Positions 41,683 to 51,701 are shown, numbered from the stretch's first letter. The stretch is 64,000 nt of DNA from Candidatus Latescibacterota bacterium (GCA_965237675.1 OZ250150.1:224001-288000), one strand, 5' to 3'. Program-made: numbers and translations. The notes: generated by a model from the sequence alone, not told the origin.

Positions 41683-42510
41683 TTAGACATACTCACGGTC
41701 TGCTAGCGTTTCGACCTGCTCGCCTCTGCTTTTTGCCATCTCATTGAACCACCACAATCCGATCAGAGCCAGGATAACGCCACATACGTGCAGCCACCCG
41801 GGAAGCAACATCACGGCATTGACATTATCCACGGGTCCGAAAATTTCCAGATGCGCAACGGTCACTATCAGAAAATTGTTCAGCGCGTGTCCCACGATCG
41901 CGGGCAGCAGAGAGCCAGTTTGGACGACCCACCATGCGAATACGAGTCCCAATATCAAGGCCGTGGGAAATTGCCATGGGTTCATATGAAATATAGCGAA
42001 CAGGCACGCCGACCAGACAATGGCCTGATTCCGCGTTCGGTGGGCCAACAAGCCACCCAGTATAACGCTTCTGAAGAGGACTTCCTTAATCAATGGCGCC
42101 TGAACGACCATGACATAAAATGTGAACGGGTAGGACTTCTCCTTCCCTGCCAGATCCCCGAATACGTTGAGCATTATTTCGGGCACCGGTATCAGGTGCC
42201 GCAACAGGTTTCCCAGGTCCGAGCCAACGATTGCCAGTCCAACAATGGACACACCGAGCGGCATGTAGAATTGCCACGAAACCCGCTCAAAAAGCAGGAT
42301 CTCGCGCCAGGTCCGATCTGCTCTACGCTTTGCGTAGATTACCGTCAAAACGAAACCGGCTAATGTCAAGAGCTGGATTTCGTGTGGACTGTGTTGTAAA
42401 GACCGGTCGAAGATGAGACCCAGGATAGCGATCGGCACGCCCAGTACCACGCTGATCAGGAAAAACAATATCAGGAGCCAAACGGATTGCTTCAGGTTCG
42501 GATACGCCAT
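41683..42510 (-). CDS. CPBP/Abi intramembrane protease homologue, copy 3 (EE motif reads KE)
   Basis: Start MAYPNLKQ at 42510 by paralogy; KEVLFR, FAIFH, HALNN. Confidence 0.9.
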   Translation of the reverse strand: MAYPNLKQSVWLLILFFLISVVLGVPIAILGLIFDRSLQHSPHEIQLLTLAGFVLTVIYAKRRADRTWREILLFERVSWQFYMPLGVSIVGLAIVGSDLGNLLRHLIPVPEIMLNVFGDLAGKEKSYPFTFYVMVVQAPLIKEVLFRSVILGGLLAHRTRNQAIVWSACLFAIFHMNPWQFPTALILGLVFAWWVVQTGSLLPAIVGHALNNFLIVTVAHLEIFGPVDNVNAVMLLPGWLHVCGVILALIGLWWFNEMAKSRGEQVETLADREYV

Positions 42511-42774
42511 GTATTTCCTCCCATTTAAACGATCAGATGTGAACACATCCAACGATCCGCATACCAGTGCGGGCGCGGCTCAGTCTCAGTACCCTTTCTT
42601 CATTCATGTGTACACACCACCTGCAACTGCTGACCGCACACGTGATATTATAGACCGCGCCGCCACATCAGCTGACCGAACGTGCCGAAACGGGCACAAA
42701 AAAATCCCGCTCCATCCCCTCGCCATTCAGTGATGAACTTTCCGGCGGCACCCCGATTAAAGGGTGCCGGGCAG

Positions 42775-42914
42775 TGTCACCACTCACGCAGCTTTGAGGA
42801 TGCGGGAAGGTCCTACGTATTCGCCGAGGACATGGGAGCTACCCTTGCCCCTTGAAAGTCAGCTATTGTATTCGGTAGGCTACCCGACATACGGGTACTG
42901 CCCGAGTGGTGACA
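42775..42914 (-). ncRNA. Candidate structured RNA (~140 nt), family unknown
   Basis: 17-bp closing stem (42775-42791 with 42898-42914, 15 WC pairs), internal hairpins tacccg-N5-cgggta and gtcct...aggac; 5' end coincides with the predicted TSS. Confidence 0.45.
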
Positions 42915-42919
42915 ACCGA

Positions 42920-42948
42920 AATATAGATTCCGCGAATGAGAAAGACAA
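42920..42948 (-). promoter_or_regulatory. Putative sigma70 promoter
   Basis: TTGTCT-N17-TATATT on the minus strand; TSS predicted near 42913. Confidence 0.6.
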
Positions 42949-43135
42949 GCGCAATTTCAGGTTAAGACTGAAGAATGCTATCGGACTGCAGCGTCGGCGT
43001 GCGCTTATCCGAAGTCAGCCGCTGCGTTGACGGTTCGCTACGATTGAGCCCAACCACCGGTAAACCGGAGGCGTACCTCGAGGTCTATTTCGCTGCCATT
43101 GGTGAAGCACGCAGTCACCGGCCTCTGCCGGGCAT

Positions 43136-43954
43136 TTATTGTCGCATCTGCTTCCCGGCCTCCCAGATCGGATAGCGTATGTCCGCCCGTTGCAACTCTC
43201 TCTGCAGCCACTGGCTGAACAATGTGTTGCGAATCTCGTCTGTGATGCGATCGTCCAGCGTGGCGGGATAGGTTTGCTGCATCATGAACAGCGCAAACCC
43301 GCCCGATGCCTTTTCGGGGCCGAAGATTTCACCTGGCGAGGCGGCAAAGAGGCGTGCGGCAATTCCCTTCGGCAACTGCTTGCGCCGGACGCGCCCCATA
43401 AACCCGCCGGCCGGGCGCGTGCGATCATCTTGGGAGAACTCCCGGGCCATTGCGCAGAAATCGGCGCCGTCCTCACTCGTCTGAAGTCCAATCTCGTCGA
43501 TAACGCCTCTGTCCCGATGGAAAATCCAGCAGACCTCCGCCTCGTCGAACTCCAGCGTGTGTTGCGCAAAATAGGGTTCGATCCCTCCCTCGGCGACTTT
43601 GTCGGAAAGCAGGCGCTCCAGCAGCCTGGCTTCGGCATCCGCCGCAACGTCCCGTAGTGTAATGCCTCGTGAAACGAGCCAGGCTTCCGTGTCTTCAACG
43701 CGTTCCAGCCGATTTTTGTACCGCCACCCATCCACATCGCGCTGGATGTCCTCCGGCTTCGTGCGAACACCCTCACGGATGGCAAGCTGGCGGATCAGTT
43801 CTCTTCGCGCGAACTCACCGAAAAAGCTGAGCTTGTCGGCAACACACATTTGACGGACTAAATGGTTCAACGAGACGTCGGCTCCGTTGACCCGAATCAC
43901 GGTAATATCCCGCTGCGCAATTTCCGAAGCGGCCTCTTCCGGACCCCGCATCAC
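43136..43954 (-). CDS. PpiC/parvulin-type peptidyl-prolyl isomerase associated with peptide export
   Basis: F.AMAREFSQD..T...GG.MG.V...LP......F...PGE..GP parvulin motif; ATGA overlap with HlyD. Confidence 0.85.
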   Translation of the reverse strand: MMRGPEEAASEIAQRDITVIRVNGADVSLNHLVRQMCVADKLSFFGEFARRELIRQLAIREGVRTKPEDIQRDVDGWRYKNRLERVEDTEAWLVSRGITLRDVAADAEARLLERLLSDKVAEGGIEPYFAQHTLEFDEAEVCWIFHRDRGVIDEIGLQTSEDGADFCAMAREFSQDDRTRPAGGFMGRVRRKQLPKGIAARLFAASPGEIFGPEKASGGFALFMMQQTYPATLDDRITDEIRNTLFSQWLQRELQRADIRYPIWEAGKQMRQ

Positions 43955-45351
43955 GTATCCCCCGGAATAGTAACCGACGTTTTCGTGGCATCATAGGTCG
44001 CCGACTCGTACAGCTTTCGCAAAGGACTGAGCAGCATCAGCAATACCGATTGGCGGTCCGTCATGATCTCCGCCGTCCCCTTCATGCCGAAGAGCAACGG
44101 CTTAGGTTGTCCTTTTACGACCATGGAGGTTTCTTCCAATTCAACAACACCTTTGAAGATCGGACCGACACGCTCGTCGATGACGGCATCGGGCGAGAGT
44201 TGTTTGAGCCATCCGCGTTTGATGCCGAAGTCCTGAAATGCAAATGCGTCGTACTTCAGTTTGACGATCTGTCCCGGTTTGAGCAGGCCCACGTCTTTGT
44301 TCAGCACCGTGAGTTCGGCAACCATGGGGACGGAGGCCGGCGCCACTGAAACCAGCGCCTGCCCCTTGCTGATCACCTGTCCGACCGCGTTCACCATCAC
44401 CTGGGTTACAATGCCGGGTTCGGGCGCCAGAATCAGATCCGATTCGGCTTCCAACTGTCGATCGACGCGTTTGCGCGCCTGGTCCAATTTCAATCGCGCG
44501 GTTTCATACGCGTGTTTCATCTGCGAGGCCTCACGCCCGTGGGCGATGCGAGCCTCGAGAATCTGCCGCTGGAGATCCTGGACAGCCGTTTCGTTCCTAT
44601 AGATTTCCGACATGCGTCCCGGAAGCGCCGCCAGGGCGTTTATGTACCGGACGCGGGCGCGGTTGATTTCCGCCCGGCTGATCAACTTGCGCTCAAACAG
44701 CATTTTCTGCTGAACGTACTCCTGTTTCAATTGGTCGATTTCAGCCTGACGAAAACCGATCTGCGCCTGCAACTCCGCATCCGAAGCGGCTTCCCCGGAT
44801 GACGCGGCATCGCCCAAATCGGCGCGATAGTCTCGCAGGGCATCCCGGTGTGCGTCCATAAACCGCTCCAGGACAGACAGTCGTTTCTCCAATGAGGCGA
44901 TCGTTTCCCGGGTCAATTGAGTCCTCTGCGGCAATACCTTTACGACATCGTACCTGGCCTTTTGGAACGCCATTTCCGCCTGTTCCAGTTCTCTCAGGTC
45001 TCCCCAGGTCTCCCATGACTTCAGCTTGAACAACAACTGGCCTTCCTCGATCCGATCGCCCTCCCTGATGCCGATATACTCAATTTCACCGTCTCGAAGG
45101 GCCTGCAGCGTTTTCACTTTCCCCAGAGGTACCAAACGGAAGGGCGCCGATGCCACCACGTCCACCTTGCCCCACCACGCCCAGACGACCGCAATTCCGA
45201 CAAATAGAAGAACGATATACAGCAACGCCCGACCCCAGAACGGCCTAAGAGACCCCACGAACGCGCGCATTTCTTCCGCGTCGTCGTCCCGGCCCGGGAG
45301 AATGACCGGCGTCGCTGCTGCCGACGGCTTTGTTAGTCCGGGTTCCGCCAT
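43951..45351 (-). CDS. HlyD-family membrane fusion protein
   Basis: N-terminal TM, V.EGD.I..GQ.L-type motif, long coiled coil, NKDVG..KPGQ.VKLK.DAF.F..FG, GM.GTAEI. Confidence 0.95.
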   Translation of the reverse strand: MAEPGLTKPSAAATPVILPGRDDDAEEMRAFVGSLRPFWGRALLYIVLLFVGIAVVWAWWGKVDVVASAPFRLVPLGKVKTLQALRDGEIEYIGIREGDRIEEGQLLFKLKSWETWGDLRELEQAEMAFQKARYDVVKVLPQRTQLTRETIASLEKRLSVLERFMDAHRDALRDYRADLGDAASSGEAASDAELQAQIGFRQAEIDQLKQEYVQQKMLFERKLISRAEINRARVRYINALAALPGRMSEIYRNETAVQDLQRQILEARIAHGREASQMKHAYETARLKLDQARKRVDRQLEAESDLILAPEPGIVTQVMVNAVGQVISKGQALVSVAPASVPMVAELTVLNKDVGLLKPGQIVKLKYDAFAFQDFGIKRGWLKQLSPDAVIDERVGPIFKGVVELEETSMVVKGQPKPLLFGMKGTAEIMTDRQSVLLMLLSPLRKLYESATYDATKTSVTIPGDT

Positions 45352-45378
45352 CAGATCGGCTCCTGGTCTGCCGGAGGT

Positions 45379-48300
45379 TCAAACCACCTGCAACTGCTGA
45401 CTGCACATGTGATAGTAAAGACCTCGGCGAACCATCAGTTCTTCGTGCGTGCCCATGTCGACGATGTGGCCGTTTTCCAGTACAACAATCGTGTCCGCAT
45501 CCCTCACGGTGCTCAGACGATGGGCAATAACGAGGGATGTGCGATTTTCCAGGAATAGCGCCAGGTTGGACTGAATCGCCCCTTCAGAGTCCGTATCCAG
45601 CGCATTTGTCGCTTCATCGAATATCAGTATTTTCGGATCGCGATACAGCGCCCGCGCGATCACGATCCGTTGCCGCTGCCCGCCGGACAATCCGATTCCC
45701 TGTTCGCCCACCTTCGTCTCATATCCCAAAGGCATATCGCTTACGAAATCGTGTACGCAGGCCAGTCCGGCAACTTCCATAAGCCTGTCCATGTCTGCGT
45801 CGGGTTCTCCGACCGCGATGTTCTCCGCAATGGTGCCGCTGAACAGAAACGAATCCTGCATGACCATTCCCACCTGGCGTCGCAGCCAGTGCGGGTCGAA
45901 ATCTCGCACATCCATCCCGTCCAGAAGCACACGCCCTTCCGAGGGATCGAACAGGCGGGGCACCAGCTTTACGAGCGTGGTCTTTCCCGCGCCACTGCGT
46001 CCGGCAATGGCGACCTTTTGGCCCGGTTCCAGTTCCAGCTTGATGTTGTTCAATACATAGGGTTCGTCGGATCCGACGCCGTACCTGAAAAATACCCCAT
46101 CAAACACCAGGCGGCCTTCAACCCGTTTCAGTCTCAGCCCGTGTCCGCGTTGGCGCGCATCCTCCATCTTCGATTCGTAGATGTCATTCAGCCTATCCAA
46201 TGCGACCCGGGCTTCCTGGACCTCCGGCCATATGCCGATCAGTCCCATAATGGGTCCCATCACATTGCCGATGAGGGCGTTGAACGCCATCAACTGCCCG
46301 ACCGACAACTCCCCTTCGATCACCAGGGAGGCGCCATACCACAATATCACCGTGGAACTCAACAGGTTGATCATACTTCCGCCCGCACCGAACAACATCT
46401 CCATTTTCAGCCGCCGAAACCCGATCTGAATTTCCTTCGTAAACTTGCCCTCCCACTGCCATCTCGTAGCGCGCTCGACGGCTTCGGCTTTCACCACGTC
46501 AATGCCATGCAGCGAATCGATCAGGACAGACGACTGTTCCGCGCGGGCAAGAAAAGCGCGCTGGCTGAAGGACTTCAGAATCGGGGTGTAGATCAGCGTC
46601 AACCCCACGGACGGCGGCACGAATATCAACATCACGAGCGTCAACTCCCAATTGTAGTAGAACATCAGCCCGAGATAGACGAACAACATGATAAAGTCGA
46701 GTATCGCCGAGATGGTCGTGTCCGTAAACAGGCGCTGGATCGTGGCATTTTCCTCAAACCTCGTGGTCAGATCCCCCGTGCGGCGCAGCGCGAAAAACCG
46801 CATGGACAGGCCCAGCAGATGCCGATAGAACCGGGATAACATGGTCAGACTCAACCGGGCGCTCATATACCCGACCAAATACGCGCGCAACGTCGAGGTG
46901 CCCATTTGAAACAGCGCCACGACGACCATGCCCGCCAGCATCAGGTTCAAGAGATCCTCGTCGTGATGTACCAGCACCTGATCTACAATGGTCTGCGTGA
47001 AAATGGGCGAGGCAAGTCCGAACAGACTGAGCACCAGGGACGCCAGCAGAACCTCGACCAGAATGGCCGTATATGGCTTGATCAACGGGAAAAAACGTCT
47101 GAAGGAAGACCTGGAGGGTTCATTTTCCGCCACCTGATCCGTGTATTCCAGCAGCAGCGCCATGTTGGTCCAGCTTTTCTCGAACTCCGGACGCACCAAC
47201 CTGCGAATCCCTACGCCGGGATCCGCGATTTTCACATCCTTTTTCGTGATCTCGTACAACACCACGAAATGGTTGCCCTCCCAGTGCAAAATCGCCGGCA
47301 GTCCGGTCCGCATCAGCGCTTCATAGCCCGTGCGCACGCCCCTCGTGACGAACCCCAACGTCTCCGCCGCCTCGGCCAGCGCCGCCATCGACGTGCCCTC
47401 CCGCGACACGTTGCACATTTCGCGCAACCTGTTCAACCCGATCGGCATCTTGTAATACTTGCAGATCATCCCCAGACACGCCGCCCCGCAATCGGACTCG
47501 TCGTGCTGTTTTAGAAATGGAAAACGAAACGATGTGGGCGCTCTTTGTTCCTCTTCACCTTCCCCGGCGCTCACGACATTGGAAGCCGTGTCTTCTGATT
47601 CCTCGACACCCTGCCCCGGCGTCGATCGAGCCTGGACCCGGGCCCGAGATCCGCCAGGTCGAGACGGATCGAATGGAGGCCCGCCGGATTCCTGTTTCGA
47701 GTGCAATCGCCGTGCCATTTCCAGCAAGGACTCCAATGCAGGAATTGCATATTTGAGGCTATCAAAATCGTTTTTGTCCAAATAATAGATAATGCAATCG
47801 TTTTGACTGCGGATCGCCAGTGACTCGCCACCGGAAGACTCCGTATCCTGGAAGAAATCACCCGCACCCAGACTAAAGGTGCTGCCATCCTCGGCAACCC
47901 CTTCCAGAAGACCGCTGCCCACCAGATAAAACCGCCCGCCCGAACGACCGGGTTCCACAACCGTCGTTCCCTCCGCCACCTCTTCGCGCTTCAAACGCCC
48001 GAACAACTCCCGCATCGCGCCGCCATTCACTCCGCGGTTCAGATGCCGGGTAAAATTTCGATATGCGATATCCGCAACCTGATCCTGAAGATGGGCTTCC
48101 AGTTCCGGTTCTTTCTTCAACACCTTGAAGAATTCATCCCCGGACACCTCCAACACCCGGGAATCCTCAACCGCCCGCACTGTTGCCCGATGACCGCGCC
48201 CCGTCAACAGCGCCCCTTCGCCAAAGTGATCGCCGGCGTACAAAAACCCCACGGTTTCCGCCTGGGCATCCGCAATCTGCTTGATCACCCGCAATCGACC

Positions 48301-48450
48301 CGACTGAAGTATGCAGAAGACATCACCAGGTCCCCCTTGATCGAAGACGACCGACCCGAAAGGAAACCGGGCGGATTCTGACTGAATCGAATGTTGGGAA
48401 AAAAGGGAAGACACGTCCATTATTTGTAACCCTGCCAGAACATCGTACAA
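45379..48450 (-). CDS. Peptidase-containing ABC transporter (two cNMP-binding-like domains + C39 peptidase + TMD + NBD); start may be ATG 48420
   Basis: GDHFGE.ALL...R.ATVRA; QHDESDCGAAC, HWEGNHFVV and IADP (C39 triad); GRSGAGKT, LSGGQRQR, FDEATNALD, IAHRLST. Confidence 0.95.
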   Translation of the reverse strand: MYDVLAGLQIMDVSSLFSQHSIQSESARFPFGSVVFDQGGPGDVFCILQSGRLRVIKQIADAQAETVGFLYAGDHFGEGALLTGRGHRATVRAVEDSRVLEVSGDEFFKVLKKEPELEAHLQDQVADIAYRNFTRHLNRGVNGGAMRELFGRLKREEVAEGTTVVEPGRSGGRFYLVGSGLLEGVAEDGSTFSLGAGDFFQDTESSGGESLAIRSQNDCIIYYLDKNDFDSLKYAIPALESLLEMARRLHSKQESGGPPFDPSRPGGSRARVQARSTPGQGVEESEDTASNVVSAGEGEEEQRAPTSFRFPFLKQHDESDCGAACLGMICKYYKMPIGLNRLREMCNVSREGTSMAALAEAAETLGFVTRGVRTGYEALMRTGLPAILHWEGNHFVVLYEITKKDVKIADPGVGIRRLVRPEFEKSWTNMALLLEYTDQVAENEPSRSSFRRFFPLIKPYTAILVEVLLASLVLSLFGLASPIFTQTIVDQVLVHHDEDLLNLMLAGMVVVALFQMGTSTLRAYLVGYMSARLSLTMLSRFYRHLLGLSMRFFALRRTGDLTTRFEENATIQRLFTDTTISAILDFIMLFVYLGLMFYYNWELTLVMLIFVPPSVGLTLIYTPILKSFSQRAFLARAEQSSVLIDSLHGIDVVKAEAVERATRWQWEGKFTKEIQIGFRRLKMEMLFGAGGSMINLLSSTVILWYGASLVIEGELSVGQLMAFNALIGNVMGPIMGLIGIWPEVQEARVALDRLNDIYESKMEDARQRGHGLRLKRVEGRLVFDGVFFRYGVGSDEPYVLNNIKLELEPGQKVAIAGRSGAGKTTLVKLVPRLFDPSEGRVLLDGMDVRDFDPHWLRRQVGMVMQDSFLFSGTIAENIAVGEPDADMDRLMEVAGLACVHDFVSDMPLGYETKVGEQGIGLSGGQRQRIVIARALYRDPKILIFDEATNALDTDSEGAIQSNLALFLENRTSLVIAHRLSTVRDADTIVVLENGHIVDMGTHEELMVRRGLYYHMCSQQLQVV

Positions 48451-48721
48451 GTGGGAACGATACGTCCAGAAACCCGGATCCTGAAATTAACGGATACAAC
48501 GCCATGACATACTAAAAATAGTATGATAACAGCCATTGACCACAATCAGGATTCATCCAACCAGAGGATCAGTTACGCGTTTGGCAATGTAGCGATCTTT
48601 GGCAGGAGAATTACGATTCGGTAAATGCTCAATTGATGTGGTCTGTCACGTTGATAACAGAGAGCCATCTCTACAGTACTTTGGAGGCGTCGCCTGCCGG
48701 CTCTTGCGATTCCGGTTGGGT

Positions 48722-49534
48722 TTAGCCAGTGTCCGCGCATTTGTCCGCCGGCAAAATGCGGAAGCCGATTTCCGACGGGTGATCGCGAACGTATCTGTCA
48801 TTCTCAAATCGGCGGACCTTGATAAACAGCAGCACATCTCCGGCACAACTGCAGAACGTGAGACTGAAGAGCAATAGCGACCAGATCGCCGGGTCCCACC
48901 ACAGTATCAGACCGGCGGCCGGCGTGGTCACAATCAGGGGCAAGAGCGCGAACACCCGGTAAACACCCACCGTCATGGGTCTGTCGACGTGACAATACAA
49001 GGCCACCCATCGCCTGAAGATTCCGAAGTGCAGCGATTGAATTGGAATCTTACCCCAGCACAGGGCGGCAAGACCGTGGAGTGCTTCGTGGAAGACATAG
49101 AAGGCGATCAGGTATCCTGGAAACTTCAGTAAGTCGTTGAACATCAGACGCATATCGATTTCCCGTGACAAGGCATCTCCCGCCAGGATACCACTTGCAA
49201 ACGCAGTCCAGAACATGAGCATGAAAATTATGCCCACATCTTCTATATCCAGACCCACATCTATAGGTTTCTGCGCGTTGTTGCGATCCTCTTCCCCTGT
49301 TCCCGATGTGAAGACATCGCGTATGATCGACACGAATCTGTCGCCATACGCACAGAGCGCCTTTCGTGACATCAAAAAGTACATCGACATGCCAGTTAGG
49401 ACGCCAATCACTATCGCATAGTCAAGATCAAGTAAGTACCTGAGGATGAGCATGGCCGGCGCTACGGATAGCATCCCAAACAATGCGGCAGCGACAATCA
49501 GCCGTTTCCACGTGTTTCCGAGACAGGCGTACAT
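48722..49534 (-). CDS. DUF3267-like membrane metalloprotease (HExxH)
   Basis: GGAGG RBS + ATG 49534; several TM helices; FHEALHGL, LYCH, ALLP, AGD..., DHPSEIG. Confidence 0.8.
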   Translation of the reverse strand: MYACLGNTWKRLIVAAALFGMLSVAPAMLILRYLLDLDYAIVIGVLTGMSMYFLMSRKALCAYGDRFVSIIRDVFTSGTGEEDRNNAQKPIDVGLDIEDVGIIFMLMFWTAFASGILAGDALSREIDMRLMFNDLLKFPGYLIAFYVFHEALHGLAALCWGKIPIQSLHFGIFRRWVALYCHVDRPMTVGVYRVFALLPLIVTTPAAGLILWWDPAIWSLLLFSLTFCSCAGDVLLFIKVRRFENDRYVRDHPSEIGFRILPADKCADTG

Positions 49535-49640
49535 CAAACAGGACCTCCGTTCATGGTTCCATTGCCCTTTTTGAGGGGACGGAAAGGGGCGCGTACCGTA
49601 AATTGCTCGGACCGAGAGGCCAGATACAATCGACCAGCGT

Positions 49641-50495
49641 CTACCGGTCATCACTTGCAGCATCTGGCGCCACAAGTCCGTCCGTGGTGTCGGGTTGGGT
49701 GCTGTTCGAGACGTGGTAAAACCACCACAATCCAAGAGATGCCACAATTGCCCCCGCTGCACTCCACCACCACGGATTAGAGGTCACAACATTAAGGTCT
49801 TCTGCAACACGGAAAAAAGGAATGTCAAAGTGTTGGATGGTCACTGAGACGAAATTATGCAATGCGTGTGCGACAAGCGCGGGCCACAAAGATCCCGTGA
49901 GGATAACCCACCAGGCAAATACGAGACCCCATATAAGGGCCGGCGGAAGTTGCCAGGGGTTCAGATGCCCCACACCGAACAGTATCGCTGACCAGACAAT
50001 CGCGTAGATGCGGGTATAATTCGCCAGCAGACCACATAAAATGACACCTCTAAAAAGCAACTCTTCGATCAACGGTGCTACGAAAACTGCCACGAACAAG
50101 GCTGCCGAATAGGTTGTCTTGCGACCGGCCGTCGATTGAAAGACCTCTTGAAAAAAATCAGACATTGGAATTAGGAATGTGACGACCTTGTCCAATTCAT
50201 CAAGGACCACCACCATGCCAGCCACCGTTATTGCAACGCAGGGCCATACTCGCCAATCAAAGTCTATTCTCATGAGTTGCGATACATCATTCCACGATCG
50301 ATCAGTGCGACGAAAAATCCATATTAGAAGGAGAAGGAAAACTGCCAGTTGTAGTATACCGATCAGGAGGTTTTCCTCGTGCAAACGCTCGCCATAGGTG
50401 AGCCGTACAATACCGATGAGCACTCCCAAACCGACTTGAATCAGAATGTACAAGACCAGCAACCAAATCGCCTGTTTCAGATTCGGAAACACCAT
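49641..50495 (-). CDS. CPBP/Abi intramembrane protease, copy 4
   Basis: EELLFRG, FGVGH, HALHN. Confidence 0.92.
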   Translation of the reverse strand: MVFPNLKQAIWLLVLYILIQVGLGVLIGIVRLTYGERLHEENLLIGILQLAVFLLLLIWIFRRTDRSWNDVSQLMRIDFDWRVWPCVAITVAGMVVVLDELDKVVTFLIPMSDFFQEVFQSTAGRKTTYSAALFVAVFVAPLIEELLFRGVILCGLLANYTRIYAIVWSAILFGVGHLNPWQLPPALIWGLVFAWWVILTGSLWPALVAHALHNFVSVTIQHFDIPFFRVAEDLNVVTSNPWWWSAAGAIVASLGLWWFYHVSNSTQPDTTDGLVAPDAASDDR

Positions 50496-50743
50496 TCAAC
50501 TGCCCTCTCTTACGACTCTTATGATCTCAATTTCCCGTAAATGTCACCGGCTGCGGTTGATAAAAATCCAACCGCTATGCCTGTCGGAATTGGCAATTTC
50601 AATCTAAAGGATATCGTCGCGGAGTGTACGGAATCAAGAAACCCCGCTCTCCTCTCCATTAATCCCTTACACGACTGGAGCGGGGGCGATTGTTTGTTCC
50701 TGTCCCTGGCGCAAAAGTTGCGAGTCCATCCTTACAGGTCATC

Positions 50744-51586
50744 TCATTCGCCATCTGGCGCCACGACTCCGTCCGGGGTAACGGGCTGTCTGCCGTTTGT
50801 AGCCAGGTAAAACCACGACAGTCCAGTCGCAGCTATTACTGCCCCCGCTGCACTCCACCACCACGGATTGAAAGACACAACATTCAGGTCTTCCGAAACC
50901 GCGAAATATGGAATTTCAAAGTGCACAATTGTCGCGAAAATGAAGTTGTTCAAAGCGTGCCCAACAAGCGCGGGCCATAAAGATCCCGTCCTGATAACCC
51001 ACCAGCCCAATACCAGGCCACCTATCAGGGAAGCCGGAATTTGCCAGGGGTTCAGATGACTCACGCTAAACAGTATCGATGACCAGATAATCGCGTATGT
51101 CCTGGAATAATTCGACAGCAGGCCACTCAAGACAACACCTCTAAAGAGCAACTCTTCGACATATGGTGCGACAACGGCTCCCCGGAACAGGGCAGATGGA
51201 TAGGATGTTCCGCGCCCGAGCGTTGTATGGAAGATCACCTGCATAGATTCCGGTATTGGAAATCCGCATACTACGGCTTTGTTCAATTCAAAAAGAACCA
51301 TCACCGTGCCGGCTATCGATATTGCAACGCAGGCCCATATGCGCCAATCGAAGTTTGTTTTCGCAGGTTGCAAGAGACTTACCCACCGTCGATCCGTACG
51401 ACGGGAAATGTATGACAAAATCAGAAGAAAAATCCCGAATACCAAGAGCCCCATCGCATAGTTGTTATGCTCAAGGGACTCGCCACTGATAAGTTGCACA
51501 ACGTCGATGAATATTCCCATGACCACTTCCATCAGGATGAGCAGGGCTAACACCCAACAGGCCTGCCTCAAGTTCGGATACGCCAT
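50744..51586 (-). CDS. CPBP/Abi intramembrane protease, copy 5
   Basis: EELLFRG, FSVSH, HALNN. Confidence 0.92.
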   Translation of the reverse strand: MAYPNLRQACWVLALLILMEVVMGIFIDVVQLISGESLEHNNYAMGLLVFGIFLLILSYISRRTDRRWVSLLQPAKTNFDWRIWACVAISIAGTVMVLFELNKAVVCGFPIPESMQVIFHTTLGRGTSYPSALFRGAVVAPYVEELLFRGVVLSGLLSNYSRTYAIIWSSILFSVSHLNPWQIPASLIGGLVLGWWVIRTGSLWPALVGHALNNFIFATIVHFEIPYFAVSEDLNVVSFNPWWWSAAGAVIAATGLSWFYLATNGRQPVTPDGVVAPDGE

Positions 51587-51665
51587 TTCAATTCCCTTTT
51601 TTGACCTTCAAACCTACGGGGTAGCGGTACTTCAGAGTACCGCGATCAGCCCATCCGCATTTTCC

Positions 51666-51701
51666 GGGATAGGAGCACGAATTGCAGAATGCTCCTATCC
51701 C
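51666..51701 (-). terminator. Perfect 12-bp hairpin downstream of the precursor cassette (terminator or mRNA-stabilising stem)
   Basis: gggataggagca-N12-tgctcctatccc; no clear U-tract. Confidence 0.5.

Noticed and set aside
42775-42914. Retron msr-msd or HDV-like ribozyme
   Set aside because: There is no reverse transcriptase in the window. TCCTCG and GCGAAT are adjacent and leave no room for the HDV P1/P4 topology.
48451-48510. Frameshifted upstream extension of the ABC transporter
   Set aside because: The alternative-frame peptide shows no convincing cNMP-domain similarity, and in-frame starts exist at 48450 and 48420.
49535-49762. N-terminal extension of the 346-aa ORF 48722-49762
   Set aside because: It overlaps CPBP copy 4, and a clear RBS + ATG exists at 49534.
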